Part shown: positions 38,059 to 47,332 of the stretch, in pieces
Layout of the letters: every line of letters starts with the position of its first letter
How positions within the stretch are numbered: the first letter of the stretch is position 1
Assembly: GCA_963781265.1 (NCBI GenBank)
Contig: CAWAFH010000018.1
Span: 692,107-756,106 of the forward strand
Origin: an uncultured Solirubrobacterales bacterium
Lineage (GTDB): Bacteria > Actinomycetota > Thermoleophilia > Solirubrobacterales > 70-9
Length of the DNA stretch: 64,000 nucleotides
Direction: 5' to 3'
Notes under the pieces: generated by a model
What the model saw: only the letters and a program-made list of their open reading frames with translations
Database searches by the model: none
What the model was told of the DNA's origin: nothing
Position numbers and translations under genes: made by a program

Positions 38059-38790
38059 ATGGCTCGCAGCTACGACCGCACCAACGCCGACCACCGGCCG
38101 GTCTCGATCGAGCCCGGGTTCGTGCGCACGGCGACCGGCTCGTGCCTGTACTCGCAGGGCGAGACGCGCGTGATCTGCACGGCCTCGGTGTCGACCTCGG
38201 TGCCGCGGTGGCTCGAAGGAAAGGGACGCGGCTGGGTCACGGCCGAGTACGCGATGTTGCCGGCGTCGACGGGCGAGCGCAAGGAGCGCGACTCGAAGAA
38301 GGGCCGCCCCGACGGGCGCTCGACCGAGATCCAGCGCCTGATCGGCCGCTCGCTGCGCGGGGTCGTCGACCTGACGGCGCTTCCGGACCGCTCCGTCTAC
38401 GTCGACTGCGACGTCCTGCAGGCCGACGGCGGCACCCGGTGCGCCTCGATCACCGGCGGCTACATCGCCCTGCGGCTCGCCACCCAGAGCCTGCTCGAGG
38501 CGGGCGATCTCGAGCGCGACCCGCTGACCGGCTCGGTCGCGGCGATCTCCTGCGGGGTCGTCGGCGGCGAGCTGCTCTGCGACCTCGACTACTCGGAGGA
38601 CTCGACCGCCGAGGTCGACGCCAACGTGGTCATGACCGGCGACGGCGGCCTGGTCGAGGTCCAGGCGACCGCCGAGCGCACCCCCGTCTCGCGGGCCTCG
38701 CTCGACGAGCTCCTCGCGATCGCCGAGTCGTCGATCGCGGCGCTGCGAGAGGCCCAGGCCGACGCCTGCGGCGGCCCGCTGCCGGGGTGA
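38059..38790 (+). CDS. rph: ribonuclease PH
   Basis: 243 aa with canonical RNase PH blocks (RPVSIEPGFVRTATGSCLYSQGETRVICTASV, GRSTEIQRLIGRSLR, DCDVLQADGGTR). Confidence 0.93.
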   Translation: MARSYDRTNADHRPVSIEPGFVRTATGSCLYSQGETRVICTASVSTSVPRWLEGKGRGWVTAEYAMLPASTGERKERDSKKGRPDGRSTEIQRLIGRSLRGVVDLTALPDRSVYVDCDVLQADGGTRCASITGGYIALRLATQSLLEAGDLERDPLTGSVAAISCGVVGGELLCDLDYSEDSTAEVDANVVMTGDGGLVEVQATAERTPVSRASLDELLAIAESSIAALREAQADACGGPLPG

Positions 38791-39386
38791 ACGCGAAGCC
38801 GCGGCTGGTCGTCGCGACCCGCAACGACCACAAGCTGCGCGAGCTGGCCGAGATCCTCACCGAGGTCGAACTGGTGCCGCTCGCCGAGGAGATCGTCCTG
38901 CCGCCGGAGACGGGCGTCACCTACGCCGACAACGCCCTGATCAAGGCCCGTGCCACCCACGCCGCCGCCGGCGAGCCGACGATCGCCGACGACTCGGGGA
39001 TCTCGGTCACCGCCCTCGGCGGCCGGCCCGGCGTGCACTCGGCCCGGTTCGCCGGGCCGGAGGCGACCGATAAGCAGAACCTCGACCTCCTGGTCTCGCA
39101 GATCGCCCGCCACGAGGATCGCTCGGCCGCCTACGTCTGCGTGATCGCCCACATCGACGCCGACGGCACGGAGCGTCTGTACGAGGGCCGCTGCGAGGGC
39201 ACGCTGATCACCGAGCCGCGCGGCGCGGGCGGCTTCGGCTACGACCCGGCCTTCGTCCCGGTCGACACCGGTCCGGGCGACGAGCGCACGATGGCCGAGC
39301 TCGAGCCGGCGGAAAAGCACGCGATCAGCCACCGCGGCCGCGCCGCCCGGGCGCTCGCCGACGCGCTGTGGCCGACTCCCGGGTAG
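38787..39386 (+). CDS. rdgB: non-canonical purine NTP pyrophosphatase (RdgB/HAM1)
   Basis: GTG at 38787 overlaps the rph stop. ATRNDHKLRE, ADDSGI, FGYDPAF and ISHRGRA motifs. Only the last 200 codons of track ORF 36651..39386 are real. Confidence 0.9.
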   Translation: MNAKPRLVVATRNDHKLRELAEILTEVELVPLAEEIVLPPETGVTYADNALIKARATHAAAGEPTIADDSGISVTALGGRPGVHSARFAGPEATDKQNLDLLVSQIARHEDRSAAYVCVIAHIDADGTERLYEGRCEGTLITEPRGAGGFGYDPAFVPVDTGPGDERTMAELEPAEKHAISHRGRAARALADALWPTPG

Positions 39387-39390
39387 CCCG

Positions 39391-40308
39391 ATGTTCCAGA
39401 CCAAGAGCGCAGCCGCCGGCCTCTCGATCGCCTCGAACGCGGCGCTGATCGTGCTCAAGCTCGCCGCCGGCGCGATCACCGGCTCGATCGCGATCATCAC
39501 CGAGGCAATCCACTCGGCGATCGACCTGCTCGCCTCGATCGTCGCGTTCTTCAGCGTTCGCGCCGCCGACGAGCCGGCCGATCGCGAGCACCCCTACGGC
39601 CACGAGAAGGTCGAGAATCTCGCGGCGGCGATCGAGGGCATGCTGATCCTGGTCGGCGCGGGGATCATCATCTTCGAGGCGACCCGGCGGCTCGTGATCG
39701 GCTCGGAGGTGGAGGACCTCGGGGTCGGCATCGCGGTGATCGGCTTCTCCGCCGTCGCCAACATCGGCGTCTCGACCTTCCTCTACCGGCGCTCCAAGGC
39801 GCTGCACTCGCCGGCGCTGGAGGGCGACGCTGCGCATCTGCGCACCGACGCGATGACCTCGGTCGGGGTGCTCGTCGGGCTGCTCTTGGTCGAGATCACC
39901 GGCGAGTCCGCCTTCGACTCGATCGCGGCGCTCGCGGTGGCCGGGGCGATCGTCGTCGCCGGGGTGCGGATCCTGACCAGGTCGAGCCGGGCGCTCGTCG
40001 ACGAGGCTCCCCCGGCCGACGAGCTCGACGCGGTCGAGGACGCGATCGCCGCGGCTCGGGCGCGCGCGCCCGAGATCGTCGGCTACCACAAGCTTCGCGC
40101 CCGCGGCGCCGGCGCCCGCCGCTACATCGACCTGCACCTGCAGTTTCGCTCCGGGACCACGCTCGAGCACGCCCACGAGGTCGCCCACGCCGTGCGCGAG
40201 GCGATCGAGAGCGAGATCCCGCGCTCGGAGGTCCTCATCCACACCGAGCCCGAGGAGTCGTTCCACCCGCCCGAGGAGGGGTCGAAAGGCCCCTACCGGG
40301 CGGGGTAA
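39391..40308 (+). CDS. cation diffusion facilitator family transporter
   Basis: Six TM helices, HSAIDLL / HLRTDAM metal-site motifs and a C-terminal cytoplasmic domain (YHKLRARGAGARRYIDLHL). Confidence 0.9.
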   Translation: MFQTKSAAAGLSIASNAALIVLKLAAGAITGSIAIITEAIHSAIDLLASIVAFFSVRAADEPADREHPYGHEKVENLAAAIEGMLILVGAGIIIFEATRRLVIGSEVEDLGVGIAVIGFSAVANIGVSTFLYRRSKALHSPALEGDAAHLRTDAMTSVGVLVGLLLVEITGESAFDSIAALAVAGAIVVAGVRILTRSSRALVDEAPPADELDAVEDAIAAARARAPEIVGYHKLRARGAGARRYIDLHLQFRSGTTLEHAHEVAHAVREAIESEIPRSEVLIHTEPEESFHPPEEGSKGPYRAG

Positions 40309-40314
40309 ACGCGC

Positions 40315-40455
40315 TCAGAGCAGGTTGATCGCGGCCGCGAGGCCGACCGCGCAGACCACGATGCTGTAGCCGCTGTAGCCGCTGATCGCGAGCAGGATCG
40401 CGATGATCGCGCAGGCGGCGACGACGGTCAGCCACGATGCTCGCTGCAGGGACAC
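40315..40455 (-). CDS. possible 46-aa two-helix membrane peptide
   Basis: GTG-initiated VSLQRASWLTVVAACAIIAILLAISGYSGYSIVVCAVGLAAAINLL. Supported only by hydrophobicity and codon bias. Confidence 0.2.
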   Translation of the reverse strand: MSLQRASWLTVVAACAIIAILLAISGYSGYSIVVCAVGLAAAINLL

Positions 40456-40474
40456 GGCCGGTATTGTCGCCCAA

Positions 40475-40855
40475 GTGCCGGACCCAGCCGCCACCGCCAC
40501 GCCCAGCGCCGCCGACGCCGAGGTCGCCGTCGCCCGGCTCGAGTCGATGTCGGTCGACCTTCGGGGCTGCGTGATCCTCGATCCCGAGGGCGAGCCGCTC
40601 GCCGCCAGCGGGGCGCTCGAGCCCTGGGGGGAGGCCGCCCGCGGCCTGCTCGCCGCCGCCGACGGAGCCGCCGGCGAGCCGATCACGCACGCGCACGTCG
40701 GCACCGAGGACGGCGAGGCGTTCGCGGTCCGCCTCGACGGCTACGCGCTGGTCGCCGCCGCCGAGCGCTTCGCGCTCGCCGGGCTGATGCTCTTCGACAT
40801 CCGCGCCGTGCTGCGCGATCTCGCCCGCGGCGCCGGGCCGGCCGGGGCCACCTGA
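40475..40855 (+). CDS. hypothetical protein, Roadblock/LC7-like (tentative)
   Basis: GTG at 40475 (alternative ATG at 40547). LRGCVILDPEGEPLAASG...GEAFAVRLDGYALVAAAERFALAGLMLFDIRAVL resembles the Robl/LC7 alpha-beta pattern. Confidence 0.45.
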   Translation: MPDPAATATPSAADAEVAVARLESMSVDLRGCVILDPEGEPLAASGALEPWGEAARGLLAAADGAAGEPITHAHVGTEDGEAFAVRLDGYALVAAAERFALAGLMLFDIRAVLRDLARGAGPAGAT

Positions 40856-41079
40856 TGCCACCGAAGCCGCACCGGGTCCTGCTCGACCGCGTCACGGGCT
40901 ACGCCGACGAGGCCTCCGCATACCTGCGCCGCCGCCGGCTCACGCGCCAACCGTTCGCGCGCGTCCACGCCCCCGGCGGCCGAACGCTCGCGCTGGCGCC
41001 CGAGACCGAGCAGGGCCGCGAGCTCTTTCTCGCCGCGTCCCGGGTGCTCGACGCGGCCCGCGACGAGGAGCGCGGCTGA
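40855..41079 (+). CDS. hypothetical 74-aa protein, translationally coupled to the upstream ORF
   Basis: ATG overlaps the preceding TGA (TGATG at 40853-40857). No recognisable motif. Confidence 0.4.
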   Translation: MPPKPHRVLLDRVTGYADEASAYLRRRRLTRQPFARVHAPGGRTLALAPETEQGRELFLAASRVLDAARDEERG

Positions 41080-41087
41080 GGCCCGCG

Positions 41088-42071
41088 ATGGCCCGGAGCG
41101 CCTCGTTCAGCCTCGCGGTCCTCGGGCTGCTCGCGCTCGCCGGGTTCGCGCTCGCCGCGCCGGCCGCCGAGCGCTCGGTCAAGCCCGGGTCGCTCGGGGC
41201 CAAGTGCGGCGTCTTCCCGCGCCCCGACGTCGCCGCCGACTCGCCCTCGCTCGACGACCAGCGCGCCTGGAACCAGGACGTCTCCGGCTCGCCGGTCGAC
41301 CCGGACTCCGCCGGGATCATCCGCGGCCTCGACGGCGACCTGCACCCCGACTTCGGCTCGCCGCGCGAGTATGGGATCCCCTACAAGGTCGTCGGCAAGC
41401 GCGCCAAGCGGGTCAAGGTCCGGTTCACCGCCTACGGCGACGAGGCAGACCACGGTAAGTACAGGGTGCCGCTCAACGCTCCGGTCGAGGGCGGCGCCGG
41501 CGCCGACGGCGACCGCCACGTGATCGCGTACGACAAGGCGCGCTGCAAGCTCTACGAGCTCTACCGGGGCTTTCCGGACAAGCGCCGCCATCGCTGGGAC
41601 GCGGACGTCGGCGTGATCTGGGACCTGGGAAGCGCCGCCCTGCGACCGGATGGCTGGACCTCGGCCGACGCCGCCGGGCTGCCGATCTTCCCAGGGCTCG
41701 TTCGCTACGACGAGGTCGCCGCCGGACGCGTCGACCACGCGATCCGGGTCACCTTCGACACCACCCGCGACGGCTGGATCCACCCGGCGTCGCACTGCGC
41801 GGGCTCGACCCAGAGCGCCGACGCGCCGGCGATGGGGATGCGCCTGCGGCTCAAGGCCGGCTACGACATCTCGTCGATCGGCGGCCAGGCGAAGCCGATC
41901 GCCGAGGCGCTGAAGCGCTACGGGGTGATCGTCGCCGACAACGGGTCGAACTGGTACTTCCAGGGCAGCTCGGACCCGCGCTGGGACGACGACAGCCTCA
42001 GCCAGCTGAAGTCGATTCCCGGCTCGGCGTTCGAGGTCGTCCGCTCGCAAGCGGACTACCACGCCTGCTGA
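41088..42071 (+). CDS. secreted hypothetical protein
   Basis: Sec signal (SLAVLGLLALAGFALAAPAAE). Conserved-looking core (GWTSADAAGLPIFPGLVRYDEV, HAIRVTF, GVIVADNGSNWYFQG). No family recognised. Confidence 0.8.
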   Translation: MARSASFSLAVLGLLALAGFALAAPAAERSVKPGSLGAKCGVFPRPDVAADSPSLDDQRAWNQDVSGSPVDPDSAGIIRGLDGDLHPDFGSPREYGIPYKVVGKRAKRVKVRFTAYGDEADHGKYRVPLNAPVEGGAGADGDRHVIAYDKARCKLYELYRGFPDKRRHRWDADVGVIWDLGSAALRPDGWTSADAAGLPIFPGLVRYDEVAAGRVDHAIRVTFDTTRDGWIHPASHCAGSTQSADAPAMGMRLRLKAGYDISSIGGQAKPIAEALKRYGVIVADNGSNWYFQGSSDPRWDDDSLSQLKSIPGSAFEVVRSQADYHAC

Positions 42072-42107
42072 GGCTTCGGCTCCGGGTCAGCGGCCGGTCG
42101 CCGGTGC

Positions 42108-43607
42108 TCAGCTCCCGTCGCGCAGCGCGATGATCCCGCCGATCACGCCCAGGTAGGCGGTCCCGTCGGGGCCGAGCGCGAGCCCGGCGTAGTTGTTGTT
42201 GAACGTCAGGCCCGAGCCCGCGTACTTGCTCCACGCGGTCTTGCCGTTGGAGAACTTGAGCGCGGTCCAGTAGTAGCCCTCCGCGGCCGGGTCCTCGGGG
42301 CGCGCGTAGGCGTAGATCAGGCCGTTCTTGGTCGAGAGCTTCGGGACCACCGTCGGCGCGCGGACCTCGGTGTTGGTCCACTTGAGCTTGCAGTCGGTGA
42401 GCTTCTTGTTGACATCCACGCGGGCGAACCCGGGCTCTGTCACGGCGCCGGAGTTCGGGCCGAACGGGTCCTGATAGCCGTAGTTGTTTTCGACCAGCAG
42501 CGAGCGGCCGGCCGTGATCAGCGAGTTCTCGGTCGCGCTCGCGCCCTTCGAGAACACCGGCTGCTTGCAGACGATCCGCTTCTCGCCCTTGTCGAGGTTC
42601 TTCTTGTTGCGGTAGACGACGACGTTCATCGGGTCGGCGTTGTCGGTGATCGCGACGAGGCCGTTCTCCATGATCGTCGGCGTCGTCCCCGAGCCGGCGT
42701 TGACCTGGCTCGGCTTCACGATCCCCGAGTTCGGATAGCCCTTCTGCCAGACGATCCGCGGGATTCCCTTCTTCGTCGCCTTGAACCGGTACATGCGGTG
42801 GTCGGAGACGATGTAGACGCCGTCCTCGCCGACGGCGAACGAGTTCTCGATCTCCTCGTGCATCGTCTTCACCTTGATCGTGCCGGTCTTCGTGTTCAGG
42901 GTGCCGATCTTGCCGTCGACCTTGGAGACGAACCAGATCAGGCCGTTGAAGTCCGGCAGCGCCGAGGTGATCCGCTGCGTCGCGGGATCGAGGACCCCGG
43001 TCAGGTCGTAGTCCTTTTCGAGCGTCAGCGTCTTGCCGTCGGCGCCCTCGTTGAGGACGAAGATGTGGTCGGTCTTGGTGGGCACCCACAGCCGGTTCTG
43101 GTCGTCGAGGAAGTAGTAGCCACCCCCGGTGAAGTTCTGGTACTCCTTCGTCCCGGGCGGGTTCGGGGCGGTCGGGAGGGTGTACTCCGAGATCACCTCG
43201 AGCGTGTTCGGATCGAACATCCGAGCCACGGGCGGGGACACCGAGGACGGGCAGACGCTCAGCAGCCGGCCCTGGGTGTCGAACGAGATCGAGCCGCACA
43301 GCGACGGCGGCGTCGCGCCCGAGGTCGCCTGCAGGTTGTCGCCGAGCGGGCCGGTGCGCTGGTAGGCGTCGGTCATCCACGTGTCGTTGTGGATGTTCGA
43401 GTTCGGGTTGGTCGCCATGAACGGGTTCTGCGGCGCCTTGGTCGGGTCCTTGACCTTCTTCGCGGTCACAGGCGCGCCGCTGAAGTTGGGCAGCGAAGGG
43501 GTGCCGGTGTCGGTGATCGGCACGGCGACGGCACTGGCGCTCAGCGCCAGGGTGGCGGCGGCGGTCGCCACGGCGACGACGGACGCGCGAACTCGAACAG
43601 CAGCCAC
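42108..43607 (-). CDS. secreted hypothetical protein, beta-rich (propeller-like), compositionally atypical
   Basis: GTG at 43605-43607 lies about 10 nt after GGGAG. Signal VAAVRVRASVVAVATAAATLALSASAVA. Lys/Asn/Thr-rich and visibly lower GC than its neighbours. The track ORF extends to 43748, but that extension lacks coding character. Confidence 0.8.
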   Translation of the reverse strand: MAAVRVRASVVAVATAAATLALSASAVAVPITDTGTPSLPNFSGAPVTAKKVKDPTKAPQNPFMATNPNSNIHNDTWMTDAYQRTGPLGDNLQATSGATPPSLCGSISFDTQGRLLSVCPSSVSPPVARMFDPNTLEVISEYTLPTAPNPPGTKEYQNFTGGGYYFLDDQNRLWVPTKTDHIFVLNEGADGKTLTLEKDYDLTGVLDPATQRITSALPDFNGLIWFVSKVDGKIGTLNTKTGTIKVKTMHEEIENSFAVGEDGVYIVSDHRMYRFKATKKGIPRIVWQKGYPNSGIVKPSQVNAGSGTTPTIMENGLVAITDNADPMNVVVYRNKKNLDKGEKRIVCKQPVFSKGASATENSLITAGRSLLVENNYGYQDPFGPNSGAVTEPGFARVDVNKKLTDCKLKWTNTEVRAPTVVPKLSTKNGLIYAYARPEDPAAEGYYWTALKFSNGKTAWSKYAGSGLTFNNNYAGLALGPDGTAYLGVIGGIIALRDGS

Positions 43608-43708
43608 GTTTCGGAACTCCCTCTCTCTCGTTGGCTCTGGTTGTGAAACATATGCGCAGCGGTGAAGTTCCGGCGGGGCGAGCCGTAGCGGGCGTACGCC
43701 GCGCGCGG

Positions 43709-43757
43709 GCCGACGGGTTGAAATCGCCAGACAGCACAACGGTTTCAACCCGTCGGC
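43709..43757. repeat. 15-bp perfect inverted repeat with 19-nt spacer in a divergent intergenic region
   Basis: GCCGACGGGTTGAAA (43709-43723) and TTTCAACCCGTCGGC (43743-43757), between the secreted-protein gene (start 43607) and the ECF sigma gene (43987). Confidence 0.6.
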
Positions 43758-43986
43758 GCCAACGATCTCGGGCGGTGAAGAACTTCGCGCAATTTGCGGA
43801 CTTGCTTGCGCGGATTGGTGCGAAGTAAGGCTCGGATTGACGCGCCGCGCCGACTGCCGATCTTAGGATCGGGACGAGGCGACAGTTCGATCAGGGAGAG
43901 CGGTTGAGTTCGGGAGCAACGGTGGTCGCGCGTACGGTCGAGGGCGGGTTCGCGCCGCGTGGGGGGCGCGCGCGAACGCGACGGGG

Positions 43987-45441
43987 TTGTCGACGACGGG
44001 AAGCTCGATGAAGCCCGTCGCCACAGCCAGAGCCACGGCCGTTGCCCCGCTGTCGGCGGCCGACGCCGATCGGTGGCGCGAGCGCTCCGGCCGGCTGTTC
44101 GCCGAGTTCGAGCGCCCCGCCAAGGCGATGGTCCGGCGGGCCTTTCGCGGCGCCTTTTCCGACGACGAGCTCGACGACATCTACTCGAACGCCTGGCTCG
44201 GCACCCTGCGCGCGCTCGCCAACCGCCAGTCGAGGCTCGCCGACGACGAGATCCGCTCGTATGTCCTCACCGCGGTCGCAAACCAGGCCGGCAAGGAGCT
44301 GCGCCGGCGCAAGCGCAAGCCGACGGCGCCGCTCGAGCTGGTCGGCTCGGTCGCGGCGAGCGGCGACTCTCCGGAGGAGCGCGCGGCCAGCGCCGAGCAG
44401 TCGCGCGTGACCCGCGACCTGCTCGCATCGATGCCGGCCCGCCGCCGTGCCGTGATTCTGTTGCGCTACGGCTGGGGTCTCGAGCCAAAGCAGGTCTGTG
44501 CGCTGATCACGGGCCTCTCGCCGCGCGCGTACCGCAAGGAGATCACCCGCGGCGTCGACGAGTTGACGGAGAAGCTGCGCGCGGTCGAGGCCGGTCGCTG
44601 GTGCGCCGACCGCGAGCCGCTGCTGAAGGCGCTCGTCGCCGGCGTTGCGGGCGAGGACGAGGAGCGCCAGGCACGTGCGCACCTCGCTCACTGCCGGCAG
44701 TGCTCGCAGTTCGTGGCGCGACTCAGCGGGCACCTGCACGATCTCGGCAGCAGCGCGGCGGCGGTCGGGACCATCGACGGGCTCGACGGCCACCTCGCGA
44801 TCGCCGACCGGCTCGGCGACCTCGGCGAGCGGGCGGGATCGTTGGTCGGCCGCGGCTCGACGGCCGCGAGCGACGGCGCCGCGCAGATCGCGGGATCGGG
44901 CGGAGCGCGCGGCGCCGGTGTCGCCGGCGCGGGACTGGCGGCCAAGGTCGCGAGCCTCGGCGCGGCCGGCAAGGTGGCGCTTGCGTGCGTTGGCGGCGGT
45001 GTCGCCGCGACGGCGTGCGTCGCCGCCGGCATCGGCCCACTCGGCATCGGCATCGGCGACCCCGATCCGAAGCCCCCACCGGCCAAGTCCGCGAAGCTGC
45101 GACCGCGCGCCCAGCGCTCCGCCCCTGCCACCGTCGAGACGGAGACGATGCCCTCGCAGGTCGGCAACGAGTTCGTCCCGCCCCCGCCCCCGCAGGCTGG
45201 ACCGGCCGAGGTCACGCCCGAGCCCGCCGCGTCGGATCAGGAGCCGGTCGAAACCGAGACCGCGGTGCCCGAGGTCGCCGCGACGGCCACGCCGCAGGAG
45301 CAGGAGTTCGGCGTCGCGGCCGCTGCCGTGCCTGCGCCGCCGCCGAGTTCGTCGTCGGGTGCAGGCTCCTCCGGGAGCGCCGCGGCGCCGTCAGCCGGGT
45401 CGCCGGAAGCCGCAGCGGTGCACCAGGAGTTCGGACCGTGA
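43987..45441 (+). CDS. ECF-type sigma-70 factor fused to a ZAS anti-sigma domain, TM segment and Pro-rich tail
   Basis: Sigma-2 (DDIYSNAWLGTLRAL) and sigma-4 (RRAVILLRYGWGLEPKQVCALITGLSPRAYRKEITRGV). Then HLAHCRQC (H-x3-C-x2-C), a hydrophobic stretch (VALACVGGGVAATACVAAGIG) and a P/A/E-rich C-terminus. The start could be 44008. Confidence 0.8.
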   Translation: MSTTGSSMKPVATARATAVAPLSAADADRWRERSGRLFAEFERPAKAMVRRAFRGAFSDDELDDIYSNAWLGTLRALANRQSRLADDEIRSYVLTAVANQAGKELRRRKRKPTAPLELVGSVAASGDSPEERAASAEQSRVTRDLLASMPARRRAVILLRYGWGLEPKQVCALITGLSPRAYRKEITRGVDELTEKLRAVEAGRWCADREPLLKALVAGVAGEDEERQARAHLAHCRQCSQFVARLSGHLHDLGSSAAAVGTIDGLDGHLAIADRLGDLGERAGSLVGRGSTAASDGAAQIAGSGGARGAGVAGAGLAAKVASLGAAGKVALACVGGGVAATACVAAGIGPLGIGIGDPDPKPPPAKSAKLRPRAQRSAPATVETETMPSQVGNEFVPPPPPQAGPAEVTPEPAASDQEPVETETAVPEVAATATPQEQEFGVAAAAVPAPPPSSSSGAGSSGSAAAPSAGSPEAAAVHQEFGP

Positions 45442-47283
45442 GGGCCGCGATCGCCGCTGGCCTGCTCGCCGTCGCCGGCGCGCTCGCGTCGGCGCCGTCG
45501 GCCGAAGCGGCCGGCGGGATCTACAACGTCGTCAAGTGCCATCCGTGGCACATCGAGGCCGACGAGGTCGAGAACACCGGAGGCCACCCGAGCTACGCGT
45601 TCGAGAACGACTGCTACGGAGCGTCGCCCGACCCCAAGATCGGGCTCTTCAATACCGGTGCGGCGGGCAACAACGCCTACCGCCAGATCATGCTCAGCGC
45701 CCCCGCCGGCACCCACATCGAGACCGCTTGCCTCGACTACAAGCTCCGCCGCGACAGCCATCACCGCGCGGAGATCCTCGCCTTCCCGGGCTTCGCCGTC
45801 CTCGCCAGCGGCGGCGACGGGCCGGACGGTTGGGTGGGCCGCTGCTTCGACATCAGCAGCTCACAGCTCATCGTGCGCCTCGCCTGCAACGAGCCCGGCG
45901 GCTGCCCGTCAGGCCCGAACGCACACGCTTGGGTGCGGAACCTCACCATCGCCCTCGCCGACGACCACGACCCGTCGATCACCGCCTTCGGCGGCGACCT
46001 CCTGGCGCCCGGCTGGATCCGCGGCACGAAGACGCTGATCGCCGACGCGGCGGACCTGGGCTCGGGCGTCTACCAGCTCGTGGGGTATGTGAATGGGGTG
46101 GAGGTTGGGCGGGGGCCGAGCCGAATGCCACACCGAGCCGCTTGGGTTGGAACTTCTCGCCGACGGTTCGACCCGTGTGACGCCAGGACCGGGACATCGG
46201 TATCTCGAATCTAGACACCGCGACGCGCCCGTTCGTCAATGGGCTCAACCGCGTTCAGGTCTATGCCGCGGACTACGCAGCGAACACGGCGACTCCAGTG
46301 AGTCACGCGTCTCGAGTAGACAACGCCGACCCGAGGCGGCGTTCGTCGGACTCAGCCGCCGACGATCCGGAGGTCATTCATGCGCTAGCGTCGTGGACGC
46401 GCATTCGGGCGTCGAGCCAGCGCATCGATCGCGTACCGCGCGGTCGGCGCCGAGGATTGGCAGCCGCTCGCGACCCGGATCGTCGGGAGGGAGGCACGTG
46501 CGCGGGTCGATTCATCGGCGGTGGCGCCGGGGGAGTACGAGTTCGTCGTTCGAGTCACGGATGTGGCCGGCAACTCGATTCGAGACGACCCTCCGGGACG
46601 ACGGGACGCCGATGCGACTCCATTTCCCGTTGCGGGCCGCTGCCAAGCTGCGCGCAGGGCTGGGGGAGGGGCGCTCGACGGGACAGACGGTCCCGTACGG
46701 CGTCGCCTCGTCGGTACATGGACGCCTAACCGACTCGGCCGGAGAGCCGCTCGCCGGCCAGCGCGTAGTAGTGGTCGACCACTTCAGCAACGGAGCACTC
46801 TTCCCACGCGCGGAGCGCCCGGTCGTAACCGACGATGAGGGCCGGTTCACCGCGCCCGAGCCCGCCGGTCCGACCCGGTCGGTCGAGGTCGAGTACCCGG
46901 GCAACTCGAAGTATCTGCCGGCAACAGAAGGGGTCGGCAGGTTCGCGGTCAAGGGTGCGGCGAGCTTCAAGACGTCATCAGATGTGGTGAGGGAAGGCAC
47001 AGCGATCGTCTTCAGCGGCCAGGTCAAGCACCGCGGGGCGCGGATTCCCGTAGGCGGCAAGCTGATCGAGGTTCAGTATCGGCTGAAGACGGGCCGCCAA
47101 CGAACGCTCAAGGAGCCCTTCCGCACGGCGCCGGACGGTTCGTACCGACTCTCGTACCGGTTTTCGAAGGCGCTGACTGCCGACGCCTTGTTCCGGTTCA
47201 GGGTCAAGGTTCGCGGCGAGGGGAACTGGCCGTTCAAGGGGTCGACCTCGAAGTGGCGCAAGGTCATCGTTCGTGCCCATTGA
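45438..47283 (+). pseudogene. secreted surface-type protein coupled to the sigma gene, multiply frameshifted in its middle
   Basis: GTG overlaps the sigma stop; signal AAGLLAVAGALASAPSAEA. Intact to about 46085. Sense then hops between three frames (TRPFVNGLNRVQVYAADYAANTATP / APGEYEFVVRVTDVAGNS / DDGTPMRLHFPL), and the gene is intact again from about 46600 to 47283. Confidence 0.65.
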
Positions 47284-47332
47284 CTTGTGCGCAACCCGGT
47301 CGGCGTGCGACTGTTAGAGCGGAGGGAGGGAG

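Noticed and set aside
36651-39386. 911-aa plus-strand ORF
   Set aside because: The frame stays open by chance across the coiled-coil and rph regions. Only the last 200 codons (RdgB/HAM1) have family motifs.
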